DNA of 64,000 nt from Oligoflexales bacterium (GCA_041736175.1 JBGSUI010000249.1:1-64000), one strand, 5' to 3'; shown: positions 1 to 10,059, numbered from the stretch's first letter. Notes: a model not told the origin generated them from the sequence alone. Program-made: numbers and translations.

Positions 1-210
1 GACTACTCGATCTTACCATTTTTGAATCAAAGGTTACCTGGTAAGATCATGCTTCGGTCGCTTATATTACGAAAGATATTTTTTTGAACACCTGAAACCC
101 TCCGTCAGGACCAGCACTTGGAGATGAGCGGGAATTGCTGCAAATTTTGCATCAATTGGACTAACTCCGGAGAATCGACAAAAGTCACTGTTGGATTCGA
201 GCGCGCCCCG

Positions 211-1674
211 TCAGTCGCCATAGGTAAAAAGGCAGTTTGTGAGGGGAAAAGCCATGTCTAACTGCACGACCAGGCGGTAGTTCTTTCCGACTTCCAGGGC
301 TTTGGGGGCGCCAAACCTGGCGGGATCGGGTATGGTCTGAACGCCGTTCCGGGGAACTTGGCCGTAGCGCACGGTCCCTGTTCGGAAGCCGTTCCAAAAG
401 CTTGGAGCATCGATGCGCCAGTAGGTGCCGATAGGTTTATCAAGGTTTGGAGTCACGAGGGGAGTCTGTGCGTCTTCGGCCAACACATAGACGAAGCGAG
501 CAGGGACTATGGAAGCAGTCCATTCGACAGGGCCGATCTTCCAGTGGATTTTGCCGGTTTGGGAGTTGACCCCAATGCCGGCAGCACAACGAGTCGGCGG
601 AGTGCGGAGTTGGCTGGCCAAAAAATCAGCCAGTGGGGGCATCCCCTTGATCTGTTCGTCTGTGGTCTTTAGGTCTTCGGCGAGGCCCATAAAAAAACTC
701 TGCATCCGCGGCACATCAGTCGTCGGCAAACCCGTAGAGCGTCGGTCAAATCCAAAATTAACATGAGGATCATAGGCACCTAGAGCAACGGAACTCACCC
801 GTCCTGTAAAAACCTCGATAGCATAGGCATCCAGCTGATCTGTCCATATAGGGTCTTTCGAAATGTCCCAAAAAGCTGTTCGACGATCGATTTTAGAATC
901 GTGGCAGCAGACACAGCCGCTGGCTCGCACCTGTTCTGTGATCCAAGCCAACTCGCGGGCAAAGTGAGGGTCTGCTAAACGCTCCGCTCCGGTTTTGTCG
1001 TTTTCGCCGAGGTTGTTGCGCACCATGACCGGAACATGCCTGTAGGGCCTCTGGGTGCGTATATCGCTACACACTCCAAAATCAGCAAAATGATAACCGG
1101 GTTCGGTGTTGCCCGAAATCCCAACATTGGCGCATACCCGCTGGGTTTGGCCTGGGTGTTCGACCGAGGGGAGGTTTTTGCAATAAACATAAGGCAGCAC
1201 GAAGGGGTCCAAGGCAAAGCCAAAGCCCTTCGATTTGGGGCCTTTTCCCTCTTGCCGGTAGCTGATCTGCGGAGCAATCTCGGGATTAAGGCCGCTGATA
1301 TCGATGGGCCTTGTGGTCGTAGGTGCAGGAGCGATAGGTCGATTGGTAAGAGCTACGTAATCTTGATCCAAGGCCGCCTGGGGGTAATCCTCCAACGAGA
1401 ACGCCGGCATGATCCCGGCTCGACCAGTTCGGACTGAATAGACGAGTGTTTCGTAGGATACATTTTTAATGTTTGGATAGTCGCCCTTTCCCTGTCCCTG
1501 AGCACCATGACATCGTGCACATTGGGTGGAGAAAAAAGGTGATAATTCTGCCGCAAATCCAGTGGACACCCATCCGAAAGTGAAAGCAGCTTTTAAAGCT
1601 AAAAACCACAGTCCGGTCTTGCTTGGCTCTCTGAGACGGAAGGGGATAAACGTGCTGTTCTCTGCTATTTTCAT
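211..1674 (-). CDS. Exported c-type cytochrome domain protein with two CxxCH motifs
   Basis: Hydrophobic N-terminus; CARCH followed by ..GIMPAF (class I cytochrome c-like); second CVCCH motif in a Cys-rich C-terminal region. Confidence 0.7.
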   Translation of the reverse strand: MKIAENSTFIPFRLREPSKTGLWFLALKAAFTFGWVSTGFAAELSPFFSTQCARCHGAQGQGKGDYPNIKNVSYETLVYSVRTGRAGIMPAFSLEDYPQAALDQDYVALTNRPIAPAPTTTRPIDISGLNPEIAPQISYRQEGKGPKSKGFGFALDPFVLPYVYCKNLPSVEHPGQTQRVCANVGISGNTEPGYHFADFGVCSDIRTQRPYRHVPVMVRNNLGENDKTGAERLADPHFARELAWITEQVRASGCVCCHDSKIDRRTAFWDISKDPIWTDQLDAYAIEVFTGRVSSVALGAYDPHVNFGFDRRSTGLPTTDVPRMQSFFMGLAEDLKTTDEQIKGMPPLADFLASQLRTPPTRCAAGIGVNSQTGKIHWKIGPVEWTASIVPARFVYVLAEDAQTPLVTPNLDKPIGTYWRIDAPSFWNGFRTGTVRYGQVPRNGVQTIPDPARFGAPKALEVGKNYRLVVQLDMAFPLTNCLFTYGD

Positions 1675-1690
1675 CTGTCGTTACCTGTTT

Positions 1691-1766
1691 TGGTGGAGGT
1701 TAGCGGGGTCGAACCGCTGACCTTCGCAATGCCATTGCGACGCTCTACCAACTGAGCTAAACCCCC
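1691..1766 (-). tRNA. tRNA-Ala (GGC)
   Basis: Reverse complement GGGGGTTTAGCTCAGTTGGTAGAGCGTCGCAATGGCATTGCGAAGGTCAGCGGTTCGACCCCGCTAACCTCCACCA: 76 nt, GGC anticodon, G3:U70 pair, TTCGA T-loop, encoded CCA. Confidence 0.98.
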
Positions 1767-1992
1767 TTACAAAATCAGCGACTTACCACTCTGCTTTTCC
1801 AAAAAGTCTCTTTTGGCTTCAAAGGATTGCAAAGCCCCTAAAAAGACCTAAAGTCGTGGTTCCAACTTATGCACCACCATCTCTTAACCAGTCAAGAGTT
1901 TTGTGGAGTGTTGAGGTATAATGTTCTGGTGCCCATTAGTATGATATTAAATACAATGAGTTATCATCTCTATTTACCCTAGGAGACTCCCC

Positions 1993-3198
1993 ATGGCATC
2001 ACAAGAGACTGCTTCTGCCACGACCCCGCCGCCAGGTTGGTTGGTGGCTTCAGGAATCCTATCAGCAACTGGTCTCGGCCTGTCCCTTTATTCGCTGATC
2101 CATCATCTCACCGTGAGGGCCAGCGGTTCTACGGATGCGGCTTGTAATATCAATGCGACCATCAACTGCGATGCGGTCGCCATGAGCCCCTATGCAGAAC
2201 CTTTTTGGGGGATTCCTCTTGGTGTTTTTGGCATGGGGTTTTTCCTGAGCCTCTTGGTCCTCCTAGGGCTCGGGAGTCGCAAATCCAAAACCGCAATCGA
2301 TCACCAGATCGCCTATGGAGCCTTTACCTTGGCTGGGGTCCTGGTCTCTTTAGGTTTGGGGGCACTTTCTTGGTTTAGCTTAGGTCTTATTTGTTTGGTC
2401 TGCTTTGGTGTTTACGGGGTTTGTCTGGTGCTTGCAGGGTTGGTCTTGGTTCAGCGAAAAACCATCTTTGCCAATGGAACACTCGCTAAGGTCCTCAATG
2501 GCACCTGGTCTGGTGCCATCGCTGTCGTAGCGGTGGTCCTCGCTTTTCAAGTCCTAAAGCCTCAGTTTGCACCCAAGGTTGCAAACTCTTCTAACAAACC
2601 ACCGGTGCCGACCCTTTCTAAAGAAAAGACCGAAGTAGCCCTCTCCCTCTCAGCCTATGCGGGACTTGGAGAGGACTATCGTAAGGGTTCTGACCAAGCC
2701 AAAGTGGTCATCCACGAGTTTGCTGATTTTCAATGCCCTGCCTGCAAACAAGCATCCCAAACCCTTGACGACCTCCAAAAGGAGTATGGCTCCAAAATCT
2801 TAGTTGTTTTTAGAAACTATCCTTTAGACAACTCCTGCAATAGTTCGATCACCAGTAGCATGCATGAATTTGCCTGCAAAGCAGCCGTGTTTGCCCGGTG
2901 CGGTGGGCAGTACGGCAAGTTTTGGCCGGCCCATGACCTTCTTTTCAAAAACCAAATGGATCTTTCTGACCAAAGCCTCAAGACCTGGGCTACCAAAGAC
3001 TTGGGTCTTACCGAAGAACAGTGGGTTACTTGCCAAAAAAGTCCTGATATATTAAATAAAATCAGGGACGATGTTGCTATAGGCAACAAGCTAGGAGTGG
3101 ATTCAACCCCTACCATCGTCATCAATGGCCGAAAGGTCTTAGGGCGCAGAGATGCGGAGTCGCTTAAGACTCTTATCGAAGAAGAGTTAGCCAAATAG
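1993..3198 (+). CDS. VKOR-DsbA/thioredoxin fusion (disulfide bond formation)
   Basis: VKOR loop cysteines (ACNINATINCD) and CLVC in TM region; C-terminal DsbA domain with DFQCPAC and STPT; AGGAG RBS. Confidence 0.9.
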   Translation: MASQETASATTPPPGWLVASGILSATGLGLSLYSLIHHLTVRASGSTDAACNINATINCDAVAMSPYAEPFWGIPLGVFGMGFFLSLLVLLGLGSRKSKTAIDHQIAYGAFTLAGVLVSLGLGALSWFSLGLICLVCFGVYGVCLVLAGLVLVQRKTIFANGTLAKVLNGTWSGAIAVVAVVLAFQVLKPQFAPKVANSSNKPPVPTLSKEKTEVALSLSAYAGLGEDYRKGSDQAKVVIHEFADFQCPACKQASQTLDDLQKEYGSKILVVFRNYPLDNSCNSSITSSMHEFACKAAVFARCGGQYGKFWPAHDLLFKNQMDLSDQSLKTWATKDLGLTEEQWVTCQKSPDILNKIRDDVAIGNKLGVDSTPTIVINGRKVLGRRDAESLKTLIEEELAK

Positions 3199-3232
3199 TT
3201 TTTGGTCCTACCGGTTAAAAAAAGGCAGAGCA

Positions 3233-3997
3233 ATGATCAAGGTTGAATTTGAGCACAACTTCCAACAGAAAATTATGTTTCAGCGCTTTCAACCTGATTC
3301 AAATTGCGGGTCTTCTAAGGATATACAGGAATGGCGCTCGGCTTGGACTAAGGAGCTTTCTTCTTGGCACTCTCCCTATAAAGTACTCGTAGACGTGACC
3401 CATCTTAGCCTTGAAAACGACGCTCAGATCAAGACGGCCCTTGATCTTATGCAGCGTTTTTTTCAAGGGTTTTTCCTAAAAAAAATCGTCGGCTTTGGTC
3501 TCAATGCCCACTCTCATCATGAACTCTTGCCCTTTGCGGTTTTTCCAACTCGCGAAGAGGCTGAGGCTGACCTCGGGGTACGCCTTCCCAAGGTTCGCGA
3601 TCCTCAGGATTTCCGTTCGGCGATTACCCTGCAGAACTTTTTTCAGCAACACTGTGTTGAACTTTCCTTTCACTCTAAGACAACTCTAGAATCCCCCCAG
3701 CAGGTGAATATCTTGAGAGATAAGATGACCAACAATTTGATGCAATGGCATTCAAAGTGGACTCTTATCGTCGACTGTAGCAATTTAGAGGTTTCTTCGG
3801 AGGCTTTTGTAGCCTTTGAGCGACTATTGAAATACTTAGGCGGCCTCTTTATGAAGCGAGCCGTGGGGTATGCGCCCCTAGGCAAGTCCGAGACCTATCC
3901 TTTTCCTGTTTTTAGGTCGCGGCATCGGGCGGTGGCTGACATCAGCAGCGAGGGAACAAGTGGGGGGGACGAAGCTGAATGCCGCACAAAAAAATAG
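3233..3997 (+). CDS. Hypothetical protein with two tandem SpoIIAA-like (STAS/SEC14) repeats
   Basis: Internal duplication: WHSPYKVLVD..GFFLKKIVGF..PFAVFPTREEA versus WHSKWTLIVD..GLFMKRAVGY..PFPVFRSRHRA. Confidence 0.6.
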   Translation: MIKVEFEHNFQQKIMFQRFQPDSNCGSSKDIQEWRSAWTKELSSWHSPYKVLVDVTHLSLENDAQIKTALDLMQRFFQGFFLKKIVGFGLNAHSHHELLPFAVFPTREEAEADLGVRLPKVRDPQDFRSAITLQNFFQQHCVELSFHSKTTLESPQQVNILRDKMTNNLMQWHSKWTLIVDCSNLEVSSEAFVAFERLLKYLGGLFMKRAVGYAPLGKSETYPFPVFRSRHRAVADISSEGTSGGDEAECRTKK

Positions 3998-4120
3998 TCT
4001 TAGGGACAGGCGCAACCTCAAACTCACTGGCCATCCCACTTCCGACACTGTATAAGTACAGGTGCCTAAAGGTAGGAAATTCACTCCGAATCGATTCACT
4101 CTGGTTTTAGAGGTTTTAGC

Positions 4121-4678
4121 GTGATACCAGTCGAGATTTTACCAATCCAAGAAAACATCATCCTTCGAGGCGGAGGATCCGAATTATTGATTCTAGCAGC
4201 CCATGTCAGAAAGCTGCAGGATTTAAAAAATCCAAGGGATTTCAGCCAATATTTTCGTGGCGAAGCCCTGGTGAATCGTCCTGCTCGAAAGCTCTTTGAA
4301 GCCTGGCTTCGCAAAGATCAATCCCTTTGGCCCAGAATCTATAAATCTGTTCAAGGGATCACCTTTAGCGAGATGACGCCAACAGAGGGAGAGCCGGCAG
4401 TCTCTGACCAAGCTCCTAATATGGTGGAGCCAAGTGTTGCCGAGGAGATGCCAGTTTTAAAATCCCCTGAGGTAAGCACTCCGTCTGAGTTAAAACAAAC
4501 CACTGCAAAACCCAAGTCTAAAAAGACGGCGACCTCAGATGAAGAAAAACCTAAAGCGACCAAAAAAGCTGATAAAGTTGAGTCCACAGCAAAAACCAAA
4601 AAGCTAGATACTAAACCTAAATCTGCTCCTAGCAAATCGGTTCCTAAGGAAACAGGTAAAGTTAAGAAAAAGGGGTAA
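4121..4678 (+). CDS. Hypothetical protein with Lys-rich low-complexity C-terminal tail
   Basis: Globular-looking N-terminal ~75 aa followed by an acidic/Pro linker and a K/T/S-rich tail. Confidence 0.7.
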   Translation: MIPVEILPIQENIILRGGGSELLILAAHVRKLQDLKNPRDFSQYFRGEALVNRPARKLFEAWLRKDQSLWPRIYKSVQGITFSEMTPTEGEPAVSDQAPNMVEPSVAEEMPVLKSPEVSTPSELKQTTAKPKSKKTATSDEEKPKATKKADKVESTAKTKKLDTKPKSAPSKSVPKETGKVKKKG

Positions 4679-4756
4679 GCTCTGATTCGGCGTTATTTGA
4701 TTTGTGGTAAGCAGCTCTATTTGACTTCCAGAAAGCTGGAGGATTGCCCTTATCCA

Positions 4757-4990
4757 ATGATTGAACTCCAGCTTCCCATCAAAAGTTTCTGGGAAGTGGA
4801 ATCAGACCTTAAAAATATCGACTATATGCTCACCGCCCATGAAGACTCTGTGACGATTAACGACAGAGTTTTGCGGCTTATGCGCAAAGTAGAACCTTAC
4901 GCTGTTGCCGAGCGGGACCGCATTTTCTTAAGGGGGCGGTTTGGTGGGCAACAATCACCTCCTTCCAATGGTAGTAGCGGTGGGGGATAA
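4757..4990 (+). CDS. Small hypothetical protein
   Basis: GGAGG upstream of ATG 4757 (ORF is open from 4697); sits between co-oriented genes. Confidence 0.6.
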   Translation: MIELQLPIKSFWEVESDLKNIDYMLTAHEDSVTINDRVLRLMRKVEPYAVAERDRIFLRGRFGGQQSPPSNGSSGGG

Positions 4991-5588
4991 ATCCCGAAGG
5001 TTTACGGACCAAGACCTCAACAAATCCGCCGCCCTATTTCTAGACCGTGACGGTGTGCTAAACGTCGACAGGGGGTACGTGTTTCGGCCCCGGGATTTGG
5101 AGCTTTGTGCGGGTGTGGCTGAGGGTCTCAAGAGACTCGCCGTTGCCAGACCTGCCTTACAATTGATCGTCATCAGCAACCAATCTGGAATAGGGAGGGG
5201 ATACTTTAGCATCCAAGATACTGTGCTTTTTCATGAAGAACTCAATCGACAACTCGTGGCACTTGGGGCCCCTAAAATAACCGCCTTTTTATTTTGCCCC
5301 CATTTGCCTGATAGCGGGTTTGCGGAGTTTTCTGGAGCTTGCTCTTGCCGTAAGCCCTCGTCTGGCATGCTCGTCCTTGCATCTCAGCGATTTGGGCTGA
5401 ATTTAGTGTCGAGCTTTTTAATAGGCGACCGGAGCAGCGATATTGAAGCGGCCACCAATGCGGGCGTAAGAGGAATCCAAGTTCGCTCGTCCAAACACAC
5501 CCAGAGGCATCCCCAGGTTTGGGCCACCGTCGACAACTTTCAGGAGGCCGTCGACAGGATCTTGGGTGCTGGTCCAGACCAGCCATAA
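4941..5588 (+). CDS. gmhB: D-glycero-D-manno-heptose-1,7-bisphosphate phosphatase (HAD IIIA)
   Basis: FLDRDGVLN, SNQSGIGRG, CPH..CSCRKP and IGDRSSDI motifs; likely start ATG 4968. Confidence 0.9.
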   Translation: MVGNNHLLPMVVAVGDKSRRFTDQDLNKSAALFLDRDGVLNVDRGYVFRPRDLELCAGVAEGLKRLAVARPALQLIVISNQSGIGRGYFSIQDTVLFHEELNRQLVALGAPKITAFLFCPHLPDSGFAEFSGACSCRKPSSGMLVLASQRFGLNLVSSFLIGDRSSDIEAATNAGVRGIQVRSSKHTQRHPQVWATVDNFQEAVDRILGAGPDQP

Positions 5589-5594
5589 GACTTT

Positions 5595-5861
5595 TTACAG
5601 GTCTTTAAGTTGGCCCTTTTTTTTGAGGAGGATTTTGATCCGTGGGCTACATCTTTCGCCCCGGCATCCTCCCGACCCTGTACCGACTTTGCGATGAACA
5701 TCCATCACCGATTGGCAGCCTTCCATCCCTTTGAGGACCCTTCCCAGGTTGATCCCTTTGCATATGCAGACAACCCGCACCAGCATTTTGGCTCGCTCTT
5801 CGTCGGAAAGGTTTTTTGGCTGATCCTGCCCCTCCCCTGCTTCATCGCTGTGGTCAGTCAT
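5595..5861 (-). CDS. BFD-like [2Fe-2S]-binding protein
   Basis: VCICKGI...GTGSGGCRGERCSPRI cysteine pattern. Confidence 0.8.
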   Translation of the reverse strand: MTDHSDEAGEGQDQPKNLSDEERAKMLVRVVCICKGINLGRVLKGMEGCQSVMDVHRKVGTGSGGCRGERCSPRIKILLKKKGQLKDL

Positions 5862-5890
5862 AAATAAAATCCTATAGCTAGGCTGGAACC

Positions 5891-6679
5891 TCACAGATAC
5901 AAGACTTGTAACCAATCTAACCATCTTGGGTCAACAACCGTAAAAATCATCACCGTGCTATTGCATGCTGCGTGGATCGCAACTGGGTTCCAAAGATTCC
6001 CCGTCCAACGGTATGCCCAACCACACACAATTCCCAGCAAAAACGGTCCTAGGGGGAAACCGATGTTTCCTGTCAAAAGAGACTCCAGATCAAGAGGCCT
6101 ATGAACGAGTGAAAAGAGGATGCTCGAAAACCATATTCCTATCCAGCCAGGAAAATACCGTTGGTAGAGTCCCCCCAAGCCGACTCGGTAGACGATCTCC
6201 TCGACCCAGGGGATCCAAAGGACAAAGGACCAGGGGGGTAACCTAAACTGTTGAGGGACCCCTGTAGGTAAAGAGTTGGGGGTGTTAGGAATCCATTCAC
6301 GGGAAATAAGCGCGACCAATAAAGTGCCACCTAAAAAAGCAAGGGTTAAGCCTAAAATCCCAAGTGGGTGCCTCTGGAGCCATCGGGGAGCTTCTTGATA
6401 GGGAGGAGCGACAGAGAAAAGCGAGCTGTGGCTGTTGGTTACGGCCAGGCCTAAGATCACAAAGACGGATAGAAACGTATGGCTCCAAGCATAGCTGGCC
6501 CAGGGTGGTATGGACGAAGATGCAAGGGTATGGTTAACCGCATCTAAACAGGATCTTATGATAATAGCTATGATCAAAGTGACGAATATTAGACAAACAA
6601 GGGCGATGAATGGATGGTTTTCACAAACCGCTTGTAAGGTTTTGTCAGCCCAATTAAGCTGTTTTTTTACCAAGAGCAT
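5891..6679 (-). CDS. CPBP (CAAX/Abi) family intramembrane metalloprotease
   Basis: EEIVYR, FSLVH and HAACN motifs in a multi-TM protein. Confidence 0.9.
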   Translation of the reverse strand: MLLVKKQLNWADKTLQAVCENHPFIALVCLIFVTLIIAIIIRSCLDAVNHTLASSSIPPWASYAWSHTFLSVFVILGLAVTNSHSSLFSVAPPYQEAPRWLQRHPLGILGLTLAFLGGTLLVALISREWIPNTPNSLPTGVPQQFRLPPWSFVLWIPWVEEIVYRVGLGGLYQRYFPGWIGIWFSSILFSLVHRPLDLESLLTGNIGFPLGPFLLGIVCGWAYRWTGNLWNPVAIHAACNSTVMIFTVVDPRWLDWLQVLYL

Positions 6680-7673
6680 CAGGGCCCAACAGCTCCGAAA
6701 TTAACTTAAATAGATTAAGAAAATCATTTTTGATAACATAGCCATTTGCTCCTACTGCTAATCCTGCGACCTGGTTGGCTTTGCCTGACAATGATGTATG
6801 GAGGATAATAGGCATCTCATTAAACCGAGGATGTTCCCGCAGCTTTTTTGTCAAACTAAGACCATCCATTCGCGGCATTTCAATATCCGAAACGATCAGA
6901 TCAAATCCGTTGTCTGTCGTCGTAGCTTCGAGCATTTGCAGTGCTTCGGCACCATCCCCGGCTTCGACTACTTGAAAGCCAGACTTAACGAGCATTTGCT
7001 TGCAGCCAGATCTTATAAATGCAGAATCATCGATGAGCAGAATTCTTATGTTTCCATGGCCTTCGACGCCACTCGGTACCATCGGTCTTGTGTCGCGTCC
7101 GACCTCGAGGACTCCATAGGGCTGAGGCTGTGATGATTGGGAATGGCTGTTAACATAGGATTCCCCAAATTCTAGGTTTAGCAAAATCTTTTCTAAATCT
7201 AGTATAAATAGAAATTCATTATCTTCTACTAATGTCATTCCACTCATACAACTAGAAGGATCTGCCGATGGAGGTAAAACCTTTTCCCAGGCTATTCTTC
7301 GAATTCTATGGGTCGTATCAACTATAAACCCGGCGCGTTTTTGGCTAAATTCGGTTACAATAATCTGCTGATTAGATCGTATTTCCCCAGTTTCGTCACC
7401 AAGGGTTACCGCTAAGTTGATAGCTGGAATCGGAATCCCTCGTAACTCGAAGAGACCCGCGATTCCTTTGTGGCGAGAAGCCAAAGAATTGATTTTTGGC
7501 ATTCTAACCACTTCTCTGACTTTTGCCACATTAACCCCATAGAGGCCCCTAATCGTTTGTCCGTTGATTTTTCGAGTAAGGGCAAACTCTATGAGTTCGA
7601 AGACGCTACCACCAAGCTCAAGCTGGAGTTTTTTTATTTCCGATTCTTCCATTAAGGTTCCTAGTCTCTTCAA
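6654..7673 (-). CDS. cheV: Chemotaxis protein CheV (CheW-receiver fusion)
   Basis: YGVNVAKVREV CheW domain plus receiver (IDDS, SDIEMPRMDG); start may be ATG 7652. Confidence 0.93.
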   Translation of the reverse strand: MKRLGTLMEESEIKKLQLELGGSVFELIEFALTRKINGQTIRGLYGVNVAKVREVVRMPKINSLASRHKGIAGLFELRGIPIPAINLAVTLGDETGEIRSNQQIIVTEFSQKRAGFIVDTTHRIRRIAWEKVLPPSADPSSCMSGMTLVEDNEFLFILDLEKILLNLEFGESYVNSHSQSSQPQPYGVLEVGRDTRPMVPSGVEGHGNIRILLIDDSAFIRSGCKQMLVKSGFQVVEAGDGAEALQMLEATTTDNGFDLIVSDIEMPRMDGLSLTKKLREHPRFNEMPIILHTSLSGKANQVAGLAVGANGYVIKNDFLNLFKLISELLGPDALGKKTA

Positions 7674-7710
7674 AAGTGCCGTGAGCTCAGGAGGCGAGAT
7701 CGTCGCAACA

Positions 7711-8502
7711 TTAGGTCAAATGAACAGCTCTTAGGAGCTGCTCTAAGCCTTTTTTTTGTATATCAGTTAATTTGTTAAACTGAATACCAGCCCGGATGCA
7801 TTTCTTATCAATCCAAGCGACGGTGCATTTGATCTTAGAATCTGCGTTTTCTTCCGGGTTTTTAGCTTTTGTAGTCGACGCTGCGCGGCTACGCAGCGAC
7901 GATTTGTCCGAGATCGGAGAATGGGTGTCATTTTGGGGCAAAGTGAGCGAAACGGTCATCTCCTCACCGTTTTTGAATTTAATGGGGGAATCAAGCTCAA
8001 TACAACAACCCCCAAGACTGAGGTTGGTGATTTTGCCATTGGCTTTGGGGGCTCGTTTGCCCCGTCCAGCTCCCTTACCTATGATGATGGTTTCGATAGA
8101 AATATCAAATCGCTTTCCGATGCGATGTTTGTCTAAGAGAAATTTATCGATTTTATCAGCTAAAGCTTCGAATCTTACAGGCTTAGGGACCCATCCTCCT
8201 GCGTCCCCCCAGGCAAACAAATCGCTTTTTGCAGCCTCTTCGACATTTTTGTCAGGGAAAGCTGTCAGTAATATTGGACCTTTATAGGTTTTTCTCATGG
8301 CCGTAATCAAAACGATCCCATCGGTATCAGGCAAATCAAAATCGACAACGCACATGTCTGGATTAGATTGTGATAGGACCTCTAGACACTGCTTACCGGT
8401 TGTAGCAACGAGAATCGTTGCTCCGGCGATTTTATCCTTGAAGACTTCGGAACTCATGACCAAACTAGGTTTGCATGAGTCTACAATCAATATTGATGGC
8501 AT
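7711..8502 (-). CDS. Response regulator with C-terminal PilZ domain
   Basis: Receiver (VVDFDLPD, KP); PilZ motifs RIGKR and NLSLGG. Confidence 0.85.
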   Translation of the reverse strand: MPSILIVDSCKPSLVMSSEVFKDKIAGATILVATTGKQCLEVLSQSNPDMCVVDFDLPDTDGIVLITAMRKTYKGPILLTAFPDKNVEEAAKSDLFAWGDAGGWVPKPVRFEALADKIDKFLLDKHRIGKRFDISIETIIIGKGAGRGKRAPKANGKITNLSLGGCCIELDSPIKFKNGEEMTVSLTLPQNDTHSPISDKSSLRSRAASTTKAKNPEENADSKIKCTVAWIDKKCIRAGIQFNKLTDIQKKGLEQLLRAVHLT

Positions 8503-8808
8503 AAGAACCCCCTTTTTGACGGCATTTTTTTTATCATTTTTCCGTTTATTATACTGGCGAGCCTAATGATAACGGGTCTATCAGCGATGCTTTTGCAGGT
8601 AAATACTAGGCAGGTACCAAGACATATTTATACATACCTCTTATTGTACCCTTTTTTGGGTCTTTCGGAAATGTTCGCGGGGAGCATCTCTGTAAAAACC
8701 AACTAGTTCTTCGGTCGGTGACTCAAGAGTTTTGCTGGGCTTCCGAAACTACTTGTGAAATCAGATATGTGGAGATCCTAATTCATCTTACAGATTTGCA
8801 AGGACCCG

Positions 8809-9948
8809 ATGCTTTATAAGAATTCACAAGCTATCATATTGTATTTAATATGTTATTGCTTATTTTTAGACATGCCAAAAGTTGCCGGATCGACTCAATT
8901 CAAACCATCTAAACATGATTTTTACTATAATACGGATCTCATGGTTGGTTCTCTCCTCTTGCCTTTGGTAGAAACCCGGCACACCTTGACCATTCCTGAT
9001 TATGTGTTGAGAAAGAGAGTCGAAAGATCTAAAGATGATGAAACGATTGAGCCACTCCTCCTCAATACTCCGACGAGCACTGCTGGAATCAATGCCATAG
9101 CCGAAAAAATCGCCAGACCAGGGCGAGAGGTTAAGCTTTTAAAGTATATACAGGTAGAAGTTAAAAATTCAAATTCTGCCAACTCGACCCAAAAGATGGC
9201 CCAAATTCCAATATCTCCAAAGGTATTTAATCTTATCGATCCATCTCAATATGGGGATCTCTTTAGCAAAGTCCACAGTAGCCTTGTATTAGATGGGGCT
9301 AAAATAAAGTCTGAACCTATCCTCAGAAGCCAACTTTTTAAACAGTTGGAACATTTTTTGGACAAAGAAGAACTCTATAAGCTTAAAGACGAAATTAAAA
9401 AAGGCGACCAAATACCGATTGATCAATTTTTGTTACCAGAATTTGCTAAGAAGATGGTCCGAAAGTTTATTCTCCATCGGGGCCCCAATTGTTTCCACGC
9501 AGCCCTTTCCTTTCAAAACATTAAACTGCCGACTTATCCCATGGTTAATGTAAAAGAAGAAAAAGGTTACCATCGGGTTATGATCAACTATGACGAATTA
9601 TGGGCGATCTTAAATCGTAGCTTTTACGAAATAGACTTAGAAACCGAAAGCTTAAAATATGGTGACATGATCGTCTTGTTTGAGGTCCCTGCGCATTTTA
9701 CTGTCACCGACCCCAATGCTGTGATCGATTATCGGTGGATCCGGCATACGACCACCTATTTGTTTAACGGCTATACCTTTTCGAAGGGCTCAAAATCTCC
9801 TAACACTCCTTATGCTGTGAGAACGCTTGCTGATGAGTGGGAAACTTGGTCCAAATATTCAAAAAAGCTTGGCGCAAAAATCTTTCGTAAAACAGGCGTA
9901 GCTGACCAAGATAAAGTACCTTTTGATTTACAAGATTGGATCTTATAA
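8809..9948 (+). CDS. Exported hypothetical protein, possible papain-fold Cys-His enzyme
   Basis: Signal-like N-terminus; GPNCFHAAL..YGD..HTTTYL..FSKG pattern. Confidence 0.55.
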   Translation: MLYKNSQAIILYLICYCLFLDMPKVAGSTQFKPSKHDFYYNTDLMVGSLLLPLVETRHTLTIPDYVLRKRVERSKDDETIEPLLLNTPTSTAGINAIAEKIARPGREVKLLKYIQVEVKNSNSANSTQKMAQIPISPKVFNLIDPSQYGDLFSKVHSSLVLDGAKIKSEPILRSQLFKQLEHFLDKEELYKLKDEIKKGDQIPIDQFLLPEFAKKMVRKFILHRGPNCFHAALSFQNIKLPTYPMVNVKEEKGYHRVMINYDELWAILNRSFYEIDLETESLKYGDMIVLFEVPAHFTVTDPNAVIDYRWIRHTTTYLFNGYTFSKGSKSPNTPYAVRTLADEWETWSKYSKKLGAKIFRKTGVADQDKVPFDLQDWIL

Positions 9949-9994
9949 AATCTTGACTGTAACATAATGTAATTTATCTATTAAATGAAAACAT

Positions 9995-10022
9995 TAAAGA
10001 TAAATCCAATATTCTCCGATAA
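9995..10022 (+). promoter_or_regulatory. Sigma28 (FliA)-like promoter
   Basis: TAAA-N16-TCCGATAA upstream of GTG 10060. Confidence 0.5.
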
Positions 10023-10059
10023 GAGAGTGCTTTCGAGACTCTTTTTTTAGGAGAAACCA

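Noticed and set aside
1..184. Possible gene end at the left edge of the window
   Set aside because: Too little sequence to choose a frame or a product.
1526..1720. 64-aa + strand ORF and the many other short shadow ORFs in the track
   Set aside because: They are antisense or out of frame to well-supported genes or the tRNA, with no recognisable motifs.
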